Below, in pieces: positions 48,198-59,009 of a stretch of DNA of 64,000 nucleotides (position 1 is the stretch's first letter; every line of letters begins with the position of its first letter). Location of the stretch: contig CBFFRP010000394.1 of the NCBI GenBank assembly GCA_965644295.1, positions 1-64,000 of the forward strand, read 5' to 3'. The DNA comes from Paraphysomonas bandaiensis (lineage: Eukaryota; Protista; Chrysophyceae). The notes below the pieces were generated by a model that saw only the letters and a program-made list of their open reading frames with translations, ran no database searches and was not told the origin of the DNA. A program made the translations under genes and the position numbers.

Positions 48198-51100
48198 TGG
48201 TAGCAGACGGTAGTTCCGCAAGTAGTTCGGAATGGAAACACCTTCCGAAGTTCGATCAGTTCGGTGTTGTGAACTGGACGAAGCGATTGAGAGTTTGGCT
48301 TATGAGAAAGAATCGGAACCATCTTGGGTTGGAAGAGCGACCGCATCGACCTGCTGACAATGCGTCCACAGCTGTGAAAAACAAGTATAAGGAAGACCTC
48401 GACAAGTGGTTGGAGAGGAAAGACACCTGCATCAGTTCCATCTTCGAAGCTGTTCAACCTGTGGCGGAGGCGCTTGAGATTGTTGATCAATACTTCCGAG
48501 AGAAGGACATGCTTCCACCTGATGATCCCGATAAGGAGATGTTAGCAAGTGAATTGGTAAATAAATTGGTTATTAGATTTCGTGGGGAAACCCAGTACGA
48601 ATTGGTGGAACTGAATAAACAGTTTGCGTCATTTAGAATTCTACAGGGGGAGCTGGTGTGTACAGCCATTGATCGACTGAACGGAATTGTCCAAAAAATG
48701 ACGGAACTTGGTGAGCCGCCAACTGACGTATCCAAAAAAACGAAGCTGCAGACTGCGCTGGAAACGAGGAAGGATCTGGAGCAGCTGTACACAAACATCT
48801 ACCTGAAAGGTGATATTTCATTTAATGAGATGATCACCATTTGTAGGCGCTTCGACCAGGCAAAGGGTCTACCACAGGAGTCTTCTGCACCGGAAGTACA
48901 TTGGAATTCTTCTGATCAAGAGGTAACATGCTCATACTCTAAATGTGGAAAACGAGGTCACACGCAGAAGAACTGCTGGATGAAGAAGAAAGATCTGAAG
49001 ATCTCCCAAATGAAGCGCAATGGTAAAAACAAGCATCGAAGAGAGCAATCAGAATCCAAAAGAAGTAAGTCAAAAAATGGCGCTGATGATGATGGATGCT
49101 TTGTGTGTGGCGTATCTGGACATCGAGCTCATGAATGCAGACATCGAGCTCAAGTTCGAAAAACAAGGAAAGCGGAGGATTCTGTTAACAAAAAACGACA
49201 TTTTTCCGAAAAAAACGGTACGATGGAAAGGCCCATCAAAAAGAGCTCGGACTGGAATCGTTATCTTCAAAGAGACGAGCAAGAGGATGATTCTGTGCAC
49301 ATGTTGTTATATGATGAATCGAGTAACTTAGAAGTGAATGTTGCAGATGAGGTGCTGCATACTTCTGAAGACATTGTATTTCTAGACAGCTGCGCGTCGA
49401 AACAACTCTTCATCATCAAGAACAGTGATATTCTACAGACATTTGTTGCAGACGAAGGAGCCATTCAGACAACCAAAGCGGGATCCAGCTTACGATATAC
49501 TGGCTCAGGCAACTATGGTGACTGGACAAAATTAAAGGTATGCCCCGACTCAGTCAAGAATATTTGTTCGGGAGGGATGCTTCGTACGCTTGGATATGGA
49601 CTTCAGCTGCTAGAGACCCCAAAAATAGTGCGATTGGATAATGCAGAAGTTGTTCTTGAAGCTAGGTATTCAGATAATGGAATGCCCTTCGTTGATCTAA
49701 AGGACTTGTTGGAGTTACCTGACTTGACGAGTTTAGCTGCAGAAGTACATCTATCGGATAAAACAAATGAAGACCCTCTGGAATTGCTTCACAAACGATG
49801 CGGGCATGTCAGCAAGCGCAAGCTATTAGAAGCTTTCAAACATCGGTTGTTCACAGGGAGTGGCCTTAACAGATCTCATCTGAGTAAGAAGAGTCTTCAG
49901 AAAACCAAGGGTATCTGCAAAGCCTGTGCAAAGTCGAAGATTACCAGAATCTCGTTTCCTGGGAAGAGTGATGAAGAGCTACAGGCGACAAGGTTTCTGG
50001 AAAAAGTAACTGTCGATATAGGAGTATATTTCAATTGTCCATCTCGACAGGGATACCGGTATGTATTAGCGTTGACAGATGTGGCCACCAAGGAATGCTG
50101 GGAGTTTCCGTTGAAAACTCGGACCGCAAGTGAGGTGTTGGAGCACATTAGGAATTGGGTCGAGGTTCTTCTTCCCAAGTATCCAGGAGTTCATCGACTA
50201 TCTGTGTATCATGCCGATGGGGGAGCCGAACTCATTGATAAGTCTATTCAGGAGTATCTTCACAGCAAGTTTGGCACCTCAATTACGTGGAGCTCTACGG
50301 ACTCACCTGAGATGAATGGCGTGTCTGAGAGACGTTTTCGAACCGCGGGAGAGATGACTCTTGCAATGCTGTCAGATGCTGGATTCCCAGTTCCATTCTG
50401 GTGGGATGCCTACGTATATGCATCTGAAATTATTCGCATGATGCCCACTCGGACCTACCGCGGATGGATGTCTCCCATGGAGTGTGTACCTGGAGGTTCT
50501 GTTCCGGATTTATCCAGTTTACGTCGATGGGGGTGTAAAGCTTATGTGAAGACTCCCAGGGGTGATCGTCGAAAAAATTGGCAAGACAAATCGCATATTG
50601 GATATTTCTTAGGTCTCTCCAAAAAGAAGAGGGGATACAGAATATGGCTAGGAGAGTCCGAAGTTGTGTCAATACATGTGTTATTCGACGAGAGCATTCC
50701 CCCCAGAGAGAAGGAGTACTTCGAGGAGCTGGAGGCTGCGTTAGTTAAACATGATCCCCAGGCTCGACAGGTTGAAGAGTTCAACCATTTGATTGGATCT
50801 TACCATACCGATGAGGGTTTCCTGTTTAGGACTACGAGAGTCGTGGTTCGGAAAGGTTTGATCGTGGCTTATAGAGCCTTAGTAACTGCTGGTAGAGAGC
50901 AGTTGGAGGAGAAGACTCCGATACATATAGCTGATGTAGTGAAACTAACTCAGTCGTATAATTTGCGCAGGTGGCACGAAAATCCTGCGACCCGTGACGA
51001 TGGGGCAGGTGGTGAGGAGCGATCGATGCCGGCTGGGGGTGGGACACCCAAACAGTCTACGGCAGATGACTCATCAGGGAGTGAGCAGACTCCATGTGCC

Positions 51101-52948
51101 TTACCCGAGAGAAGCGTGAGCACTTCGTCTAGAGAGACAAGTGTGTGTGTCCCTAGTAGTCAAACTGCTAACCCGCCAGCTGCTATAAGCAAGAGGGTAC
51201 GAACCCAAAGAGTGATGACCAACGTGTCTACTCTGGGTGAAATCAACTTCCTGTGTGGGGAAGATGCCGTTAATATGTGTAAGGCAAGTGATGACTCATT
51301 GATTACTGACCCGTCTGATTATAGGGAGCCTGAGTCATACGAAGAGTCTCTTCAGTGTAGTGATGCAGACAAATGGAAGGAGGCGCGCAGATTAGAACGG
51401 AATGCACTTTTTCAGCGTGAAGTGTTTGAAGTAGTAGAAACTCCGCCTGATGCACGACCTCTTAAATCTCGTTACGTATATAAGCGAAAGTACAATAAGG
51501 ATGGCTCCATCAAGAAGCATAAAGCACGACTTGTAGCACTTGGGTACGGTCAACAATCTGGCGTCGATGTGGACAACACATTTGCCCCTGTAGTCAAGAG
51601 TATATCTGTTCGGTTGATTCTGGCGTTGGCTCTTGTGTTCAGTATGTTTGTGCATCAACTCGATGTCTCCAGTGCGTTCTGTTATGCCGATATTGAAGGC
51701 GACGTTTACATGAATCCTACTCCAGATTTTCAACTTCCACCTGGACATTGTTTTAAATTGAAGAAATCTCTATATGGACTCCGTAGTTCACCACGATCAT
51801 GGTGGAAAACCATAAACAAGTTCATCAAATCCTTGGGATTTCGACCGTGTGTGTTAGAACCTTGCTTGTATCATGCTGTATATAAAGGTCATAAAGTGTA
51901 TCTCACCATATATGTGGATGACATCGTCATCGCATGTGCTGACCTTAATATTATTACAGAAATAAAAGCTAGATTCTGCGAACGATTCGACATGACGGAT
52001 ATGGGAGCCGTTGAACATTTCCTGAATGTTCGTGTCACGCGAGGACAGGACTTCATTCAGCTGGATCAGCAGACATATGCGGAGAAAATTCTTCTCAAAT
52101 TCGCTGATTTCCTCGGTCCCTCATCAAAAATCCGAAAGTCGCCGCTACCCCTCGATGCAATGGACAGAATTAATCAAGCAGACAGCGATCTCACACCTGA
52201 GGAGAAAGAGGGAGTAGATAATTATCCTTATCGCAGCCTACTGGGTGCCATGTTATATCTATCTATGAATACTCGCCCTGATATTGCATATGCAGTTGGT
52301 TTGTTATCTAGATATGCATCTAAACCTACCCGGGCTACATGTTATTTAATGACTTACCTATTGCAGTACGTTAGGGGTACAGTTCGAAAGGGTATTCGGT
52401 TCAGTAGTAAGCACTTCGACATGCACATCTTTACTGATGCAGACTGGGCTGGCGATGTGGTGTCACGCCGATCTACGACTGGATACATAGTACTTGCCGC
52501 CGGTGGACCACTTATCTGGCAGTCCATTTTACAGGCCACCGTCTCAACGTCATCAATGCAAAGTGAGTATCAGGCTATGTATGCTGGCATGCAAGAACTG
52601 GTATGGCTTCGGGGGGTGTTGGACGAATTGGGACTTCGTCTACGCGAACCCACACCATTTTTCTTGGATAGCCAGAGTGCTCGTGACTTAGCATTGAATC
52701 CGGTGTTCCATAAGCGTTCAAAACACATCGAGATCAAATACCATTGGGTTAGGGAACACGTAGATCCAGATGGCCTCTTTAACACTGCCATATTGTACCA
52801 CGTTGGAACAGATGATCAGACAGCAGACATATTCACGAAATCGTTGTGTGGTGTAACTTTCGAGAAACACAGGAAGAGATGCCTAGGAGAGGATCGAAAA
52901 TCATCTGTTGAGGTTATTAGAGAAAAGACGTTTAAACGACGTAAGTGA
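48182..52948 (+). CDS. Copia Gag-Pol polyprotein (Gag with 2 CCHC knuckles, PR, IN, RT, RNase H)
   Basis: CGKRGHTQKNC and CFVCGVSGHRAHEC; LDSCAS; HKRCGH..CKAC with D-D-E integrase; KARLVA, LYGLR, YVDD; DADWAG, KHIEIKYH; IN precedes RT. Confidence 0.98.
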   Translation: MSNLDMVADGSSASSSEWKHLPKFDQFGVVNWTKRLRVWLMRKNRNHLGLEERPHRPADNASTAVKNKYKEDLDKWLERKDTCISSIFEAVQPVAEALEIVDQYFREKDMLPPDDPDKEMLASELVNKLVIRFRGETQYELVELNKQFASFRILQGELVCTAIDRLNGIVQKMTELGEPPTDVSKKTKLQTALETRKDLEQLYTNIYLKGDISFNEMITICRRFDQAKGLPQESSAPEVHWNSSDQEVTCSYSKCGKRGHTQKNCWMKKKDLKISQMKRNGKNKHRREQSESKRSKSKNGADDDGCFVCGVSGHRAHECRHRAQVRKTRKAEDSVNKKRHFSEKNGTMERPIKKSSDWNRYLQRDEQEDDSVHMLLYDESSNLEVNVADEVLHTSEDIVFLDSCASKQLFIIKNSDILQTFVADEGAIQTTKAGSSLRYTGSGNYGDWTKLKVCPDSVKNICSGGMLRTLGYGLQLLETPKIVRLDNAEVVLEARYSDNGMPFVDLKDLLELPDLTSLAAEVHLSDKTNEDPLELLHKRCGHVSKRKLLEAFKHRLFTGSGLNRSHLSKKSLQKTKGICKACAKSKITRISFPGKSDEELQATRFLEKVTVDIGVYFNCPSRQGYRYVLALTDVATKECWEFPLKTRTASEVLEHIRNWVEVLLPKYPGVHRLSVYHADGGAELIDKSIQEYLHSKFGTSITWSSTDSPEMNGVSERRFRTAGEMTLAMLSDAGFPVPFWWDAYVYASEIIRMMPTRTYRGWMSPMECVPGGSVPDLSSLRRWGCKAYVKTPRGDRRKNWQDKSHIGYFLGLSKKKRGYRIWLGESEVVSIHVLFDESIPPREKEYFEELEAALVKHDPQARQVEEFNHLIGSYHTDEGFLFRTTRVVVRKGLIVAYRALVTAGREQLEEKTPIHIADVVKLTQSYNLRRWHENPATRDDGAGGEERSMPAGGGTPKQSTADDSSGSEQTPCALPERSVSTSSRETSVCVPSSQTANPPAAISKRVRTQRVMTNVSTLGEINFLCGEDAVNMCKASDDSLITDPSDYREPESYEESLQCSDADKWKEARRLERNALFQREVFEVVETPPDARPLKSRYVYKRKYNKDGSIKKHKARLVALGYGQQSGVDVDNTFAPVVKSISVRLILALALVFSMFVHQLDVSSAFCYADIEGDVYMNPTPDFQLPPGHCFKLKKSLYGLRSSPRSWWKTINKFIKSLGFRPCVLEPCLYHAVYKGHKVYLTIYVDDIVIACADLNIITEIKARFCERFDMTDMGAVEHFLNVRVTRGQDFIQLDQQTYAEKILLKFADFLGPSSKIRKSPLPLDAMDRINQADSDLTPEEKEGVDNYPYRSLLGAMLYLSMNTRPDIAYAVGLLSRYASKPTRATCYLMTYLLQYVRGTVRKGIRFSSKHFDMHIFTDADWAGDVVSRRSTTGYIVLAAGGPLIWQSILQATVSTSSMQSEYQAMYAGMQELVWLRGVLDELGLRLREPTPFFLDSQSARDLALNPVFHKRSKHIEIKYHWVREHVDPDGLFNTAILYHVGTDDQTADIFTKSLCGVTFEKHRKRCLGEDRKSSVEVIREKTFKRRK
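48198..48207 (+). other. Primer-binding site, probably initiator tRNA-Met
   Basis: TGGTAGCAGA immediately after the LTR-terminal CA. Confidence 0.75.
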
Positions 52949-53091
52949 TCAGTTGACTGTGCTGTGAGACTAGCTGAAATGTCGGAGTCATACGTCCACC
53001 TGTTTGTCCTGTTTGGTTTCGGTGGTTGCGTATCCGTCAGTTATGTCTTGTGATGTGAAGAGTCTATCTACAGCTTTGAATTGAGAGGGAG

Positions 53092-53410
53092 TGTTGAGTT
53101 CTGCTATATGAGAGCAATTGAAAGCTGTAGTTATAAGGTATTTAAATTACTGTATTATACAGTTGTAGTCTTGTTAATCGTATTGTGAGAATGAATGACG
53201 ATAAGCACATAGCGGTAAAACGGAATATTGTGACGATGCAAGTTGTAGTGACGATGTAAGATCGTCGTACGAGAAATGAGTGGTAGTGGAGACAACATGA
53301 TATTGATGAATGATAAGAGACATTGATTATAATTTATAATTCTCAGCTTTGAGTATAAGTTACCTTCTGTTGTTAAGTTAATACTTCTCATATAATGTCA
53401 AACCTTGACA
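53092..53410 (+). repeat. Copia 3' LTR
   Basis: Preceded by the PPT (53083-53091) and followed by TSD TCACT. Confidence 0.97.
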
Positions 53411-54485
53411 TCACTTATGCTAATATTACAATGCACATATATGACGACAACATGCAGCGACCTCGCACACAAAAAATAACATAGTGAAATAGTTATTAGG
53501 TTGAATATAATGGATCCCCATAATGATTCCTTACGAATAATATATACTGTAGTATGTAGTTCTTTATTACGATATACGTATGGAATGAATTCTTCTTACA
53601 GCTTGAGCTCGAAACTATATTTTACTGTATTAATTTACTATATTGTGTATCTATATATTGGTCGCATATATAATATATAACAACTCTTCTATCATCATTT
53701 CAATCTTATGAATTTAGAATTTAGAAAGTACTTCAAATAGCACTACTTTCTTCATATTTTCTTGACCCGCCAATTCTTTTGAGGAATGAAATACTATATC
53801 TCATGAAATATTGTTTCAGGCCGTGCCAGGTGGCAGGTCTGACACGGGCACCTGAAGTGAATAGAAATCTGCACCTGACAGCTACCCCTTTAGCGTATTA
53901 TAGCTATATAGAAAACGAAGTTCTTAGAAATATTATTCTGCCTGTGAAATATAATTATTAGGTATTTATGAAATCAGAATCATAACGTAGTTACATGGAC
54001 AAAATAATCTCGTCGTATTTGTGTTACAATTATTTCTTCAATCCTCTAAGACTTAACATCTGTTTTAATACCGACCCCTCTACTGGATAAGACTAGCACA
54101 AATTTATCATGGCATTTTAAAATGTAGAGTTCAGAAAATGTGTCAACGTACGAAATTTACAGTTCAAAATGTCTTTTGAAGGCAATGGTTTATATGATTC
54201 AAAAAGAGAGGTGCTTATTGCCATGAAAATATGACATTTCTCTAGTCAGACTTTCCTAAATTGCCCCTGTACAGTCATAGCCGTTGCGCCATATGGTTCG
54301 TCATTGTAATATTTCAAAATACTGACTCGAGTAGAAAACATACATATCAGCAATAATAGCTAGGTGTAAGGGTTCAGCAGCGTGTAATAAGACAAATACT
54401 TACAGTATTTAGGCTAACGACACTATTGAATGTAAATTTATGTAAATAACAGCGTACAAGCTCATAATGTATACCGAGGGGTGCT

Positions 54486-57400
54486 TTATGTCCGAGGAGG
54501 GGGCGGTGGTGGACGTGACCTTCTGGTAGGTGTGCTAGCTCCACTACTCTGAGTACTACTCGGCGGAGGGCTCCGAGGGATTGGTGGTGGAACAGACGAA
54601 GCTAACCTAACCTGAGATATGCTCACGCTGGCCCGACGGGAAGCTAGAGGGGCTTTAGACGCCCCACGCAGGGTGCCCCGGTTGTCAGACACGTTTTTGC
54701 TAACAAGGTCACGATAAGGAATATCATCTCCAGATATATTGACTGGGGGGTTTGCTTTCGAATCTTGACTACACATTTGCATGGTGTATGCATTTACCGT
54801 GAATCTTCGCTTATTAGGAACGGCGGTCGCACTTGCTTCTCCACGAATATCCTCATGTTGAGATGTTGACGCTAGATACGACTTACCAGTATATTGGCTA
54901 TGATCCACTGGATTGTCAGTTGGGATATTAACGTACGATTGATCAGATGGCTTGGGAGAAGGTGTTCTGCTCAGTTGTAAAGATGACAACTCTTCTGCCT
55001 GTGATGAAGGTATAGCGGATTGCTCTGTAAGTGGTAAGCTTCTGCTTACTGGAGATGATAAGCAACCTACACTGGTGTTGTTATAAGACTTCGCGTAAAT
55101 GTGTTGCTCTTTTTCATGCGATTTAGCTCCAATCGCTAAACTATCCATATCTTTCGCGTACAATGAATTTAGACTCATTAAATCTGGGGCTCTGAACAAC
55201 TGGTCAACCCCATGTTCGGAAATGCTATTCTCCACATGATAAGAGCTGCTAGGGTCAACACGCTCTTTCGTTGAGGTATTAAGTAGAGACAGAGATGAGT
55301 CACCCCTGCGACCACGATCCATCACGGCAACGCTGCTCCTGCGTACAGATACCCCAGAAGCTGAAGCGCTGATCCGAACTTCAGATGGCTTGAAGCGATT
55401 ATTACCAGCGTTCAATGACATCGCCCAGGACGTTGAGTCGTGGTCTACGGCATGACTCTGGCCAGCATTGGGCCGCGCATTGAAACTCGTGGTGCTTCGG
55501 CGCTTCATCGAATTGGCTGAGTGCTTCACACTTGATTGTGCAGGGGACATGAAATTCAAAGATTTCTCGAGAGGTGGTGACTCAGTACTGCTATCGGTAT
55601 CTTCACTCAATGTGGGCATCAACTTTATACCTGGACTCGAGTGCATAGCTCTGTTATATAGATTGGACATCTGTGACTGGGAACCATATACACGGTTATT
55701 AGACGAATCTACATCATTCTCACTTCGATTCATTTGGTCAGATGCGGCATAACTATCATGGGTCGTTTCAACAACGTCACCTACATCTGTTTTCTCCGCG
55801 TAGGTTGGGAATATCGTTTTCCTTACACCATCTACACTAGGATCCGTTTGGACCGCACCAGTTACCTCATTGCGGCTCCCATTGAGGAATTTATTCACAT
55901 CTATGTCACTCGTCATATTATGGTGACCGATAAAGGCTTCATCTACATCAATTCTGTCATCACCAACATCGTTTATATCGTGGTCATAGTGAATGCCGCC
56001 ATCAATATTATCCACAGCTGCTGCACCATTCACTTCATCAGCAACATCGTTTATATCACGGTCATAGTGAATGCCGCCATCAATATTATCCACAGCAGCC
56101 GTTTCTTCAACATCATCAGCAACATCGTTTATATCGTGGTCATAGTGAATGCCGCCATCAATATTATCCACAGCAGCCGTTTCTTCAACATCAGCAGCAA
56201 AAGCGTTTATATCACGGCTATAGTAAATAGCGCTACCAGCTCTATCCACAGCAGGGGCGTCATCGACTTCAACAGCAGCTTCATTTATATCGCGAGTGGT
56301 TTCGTCATGGTCATTTCCACAACTATTATTGACGGGCTCGTCCATAATAGCTACATCAGTAAATTTCGTGTCATTGTATACACCTCTGATAGATATCTCA
56401 GACAGTTGAGGTACACTCTTCGAATGATTCATTGCTGACAAACTGCTTCTTCTAGTAGAATTGTTTACCCCAACTTCAATATCTCGGTTGCGAAGGCTGT
56501 ATATATCCGCTTCTGATAGGCTGCTTCGTCTAGTAGACTCATTTATATCGCGAGTGGTTTCGTCATGGTCATTTCCACAACTATCATTGATGGGCTCGTC
56601 CATAATAGCTACATCAGTAAATTTCGTGTCATCGTATACACCTCTGATAGATATCTCAGATAGTTGAGGTACACTCTTCGAATGATTCATTGCTGACAAA
56701 CTGCTTCTTCTAGTAGAATTGTTTACCCCAATTTCAATATCTCGGTTGCGAAGACTGTATATGTTCGCTTCTGATAGGCTGCTTCGTCTAGTAGACTTCC
56801 CCTCCGCCGGGCTGCAAATATAACTTAAAATATAGGGAGATAAATAGCATACGTACATTAATTTTCCCATTGTAGAATGACTCTGTTTATCAGAAAGGGC
56901 GCTTTCATCCATTTTTCTTCTCTTATCATCTGCATTCCACGTTGAAATAGGTCGATCTGACACCGCAGCACCGGAGGATGTGCTTGTACTGCTACACTTC
57001 TTATCCTTCATAATTGCATCACATGTTTCATGCTTATCATCAACTGTGGCTACAGTATTAGGAGTACCTATGATATCAGTTTGGCCATCGTGAATTACAC
57101 GATAGGGAGCATCAGCTTCAGTCTCATGAATCTCGTTTCGGCACATATACGGGTCGATAGGATCAGAGGTAACTTGTTGGTCTAAGTCACTTGTATATCT
57201 ATAGTCACTGTCGGATTTGTCTACATATGTACTGTCACTCGTACATGATTCCCACATTCGATTCAGTACACCATTGGAGACTTGACCAACAGCACCATGA
57301 TGCAATACCTCAGTGCAACTAAACTTATCTTTATTATTCTCCTCATTCAGTGAGGCAGCCTCAGCCCGATCAATAAATTCAAATTCGGTAATAGTGCAAG

Positions 57401-58559
57401 CATCAACCCCTCTGGAGGAGTTGGGGTAAATCGGTATATCAGCCGTGTCTGTACTCACGTCTGCTGTGTTGACAAACTGATTTATAAAAGATATATTTCT
57501 AAATTGTTCTTCACCACTAAGCTGTTGTAGCTCCTCTTGTTGATATGAAGTATGACCCTTTGGAGATTGGCTTATACCTGCGGGGTCCGGATGCCTCTCT
57601 GTGTCACTTCTAGGGATTTCAATGGCCTGCAGATCACACCTTGTATCAAACAGATTTGCATCATTAACCTCTGACGAACGTTTCGAAGGACTACAGTGTG
57701 CACACTGATTAGACTTGGTCGATTTAACTGGACTGCTCTGAACCTGATAGAGCCATGATGAGAGGTATGTTTCATTATCATCAGCTCTCTTTTCACCACT
57801 TCCAACACTGCTCGTATTCTCGGCATGGTTTCCAGCGATTTGTCCTTCGTCCACCTGTACAGCACGATTTGCCACAAAGCTTGAGGCGCGGGTAAGGTTT
57901 GGAGATTGAGTTAACGGACTCATCGCTTGCGTTGTAGGTGCCAACGACTGACGGTTCTTTTGACATAATTCTTCCAAAGTTTCCATGAGCGAAGAAGACA
58001 TATGTTTCTCATGCCATGCGCTACTAGATCCACCATTCGACTGACTCCTATACGAACTATCATCGTCTTTAGAATCCTGATATGATATATCACTGGGTGA
58101 TGCAGCACTTAGCCCAGTAGCACGATCTACAGTCCTTCTATACCCACTAGACACTAATCTCCACTTATAGAACGCCCGTAATTTCCAGGAATCATATTTC
58201 CTTCTCATCATACTATAAACAATCCAACAACATGAAGCAGTAGATGTCTCTTTATGTCCTTTACTATCAATCCCCTTCATAGTCCCTTTAATAGTTCCTT
58301 CATTTCGTTTAATAATTTTTGTATGAAATGAACGATTATATCTCATGCCTGATAATCTAAGCATCTTATCTCTACCCGTCCCACTAATACCTCTCAGTAA
58401 TCCTGATAACTCATGATATATATGACCTAAAAACTTATCTATTGTAATCGAATTTCTATGATTAAATATAGAATCATATGAATGAATTAATTCCTCAAGT
58501 GTGTTTAGTGTGAGGTATATACTAGTCTCTAGACGACCTACAGCAGATTCAAGATTCAT
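54486..58559 (-). CDS. Large, mostly disordered Ser/Asp-rich protein with internal repeats and a Pro-rich tail
   Basis: 1357-codon ORF, possibly reading through a short intron near 56812-56856; ends RPPPPPPRT. Confidence 0.75.
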   Translation of the reverse strand: MNLESAVGRLETSIYLTLNTLEELIHSYDSIFNHRNSITIDKFLGHIYHELSGLLRGISGTGRDKMLRLSGMRYNRSFHTKIIKRNEGTIKGTMKGIDSKGHKETSTASCCWIVYSMMRRKYDSWKLRAFYKWRLVSSGYRRTVDRATGLSAASPSDISYQDSKDDDSSYRSQSNGGSSSAWHEKHMSSSLMETLEELCQKNRQSLAPTTQAMSPLTQSPNLTRASSFVANRAVQVDEGQIAGNHAENTSSVGSGEKRADDNETYLSSWLYQVQSSPVKSTKSNQCAHCSPSKRSSEVNDANLFDTRCDLQAIEIPRSDTERHPDPAGISQSPKGHTSYQQEELQQLSGEEQFRNISFINQFVNTADVSTDTADIPIYPNSSRGVDACTITEFEFIDRAEAASLNEENNKDKFSCTEVLHHGAVGQVSNGVLNRMWESCTSDSTYVDKSDSDYRYTSDLDQQVTSDPIDPYMCRNEIHETEADAPYRVIHDGQTDIIGTPNTVATVDDKHETCDAIMKDKKCSSTSTSSGAAVSDRPISTWNADDKRRKMDESALSDKQSHSTMGKLMYVCYLSPYILSYICSPAEGKSTRRSSLSEANIYSLRNRDIEIGVNNSTRRSSLSAMNHSKSVPQLSEISIRGVYDDTKFTDVAIMDEPINDSCGNDHDETTRDINESTRRSSLSEADIYSLRNRDIEVGVNNSTRRSSLSAMNHSKSVPQLSEISIRGVYNDTKFTDVAIMDEPVNNSCGNDHDETTRDINEAAVEVDDAPAVDRAGSAIYYSRDINAFAADVEETAAVDNIDGGIHYDHDINDVADDVEETAAVDNIDGGIHYDRDINDVADEVNGAAAVDNIDGGIHYDHDINDVGDDRIDVDEAFIGHHNMTSDIDVNKFLNGSRNEVTGAVQTDPSVDGVRKTIFPTYAEKTDVGDVVETTHDSYAASDQMNRSENDVDSSNNRVYGSQSQMSNLYNRAMHSSPGIKLMPTLSEDTDSSTESPPLEKSLNFMSPAQSSVKHSANSMKRRSTTSFNARPNAGQSHAVDHDSTSWAMSLNAGNNRFKPSEVRISASASGVSVRRSSVAVMDRGRRGDSSLSLLNTSTKERVDPSSSYHVENSISEHGVDQLFRAPDLMSLNSLYAKDMDSLAIGAKSHEKEQHIYAKSYNNTSVGCLSSPVSRSLPLTEQSAIPSSQAEELSSLQLSRTPSPKPSDQSYVNIPTDNPVDHSQYTGKSYLASTSQHEDIRGEASATAVPNKRRFTVNAYTMQMCSQDSKANPPVNISGDDIPYRDLVSKNVSDNRGTLRGASKAPLASRRASVSISQVRLASSVPPPIPRSPPPSSTQSSGASTPTRRSRPPPPPPRT
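55960..56798 (-). repeat. Coding repeats: 78 bp x ~4 and 258 bp x 2
   Basis: DINDVADDVEETAAVDNIDGGIHYDH-type units (55960-56290); 86-aa duplication (56281-56538 and 56539-56798). Confidence 0.9.
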
Positions 58560-59009
58560 AATATGAATATAGATGAAGATAAAGATGAAGTTGAAGTGAT
58601 ATTTCTATGAAGTCGAAGTGATATATTGAGATAATTGAGTAGATGGACCAATGCATAGATAGATACAGCCAGCTGTGGAGGCAGGTGTATGTATGCTCTG
58701 TACGTATGCCGGCAGTACAGCAGCATTATACGTCGTATAATACGCCCACAAGAGCTTTCGACATTATATACTACTGATAAAATTGGAGGTTTATGAAAAA
58801 GTCACAATTATTCTGAATATTTCACTTATTTATAGTGGAGACAAAAGACAAAACGACAAAAGACTTTTTTTTTTAGCAAAATTGTTTTTTTGTCGGGTGC
58901 AAATGGAGCTGAAGTTATTTAGGAACCTTATCACAATTTCTCATCACAAGCCATCACCCATCAGCCCTGTGACCTGCTGAATAATTAATTGACCTTAACT
59001 ATCACATAT

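Larger units (their letters stand above)
47879..53410 (+). mobile_element. Intact Ty1/Copia LTR retrotransposon
   Basis: Two 319-bp LTRs TG..CA that appear identical; 5-bp TSD TCACT (47874-47878, 53411-53415); PBS TGGTAGCAGA; PPT GAGAGGGAG. Confidence 0.98.
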
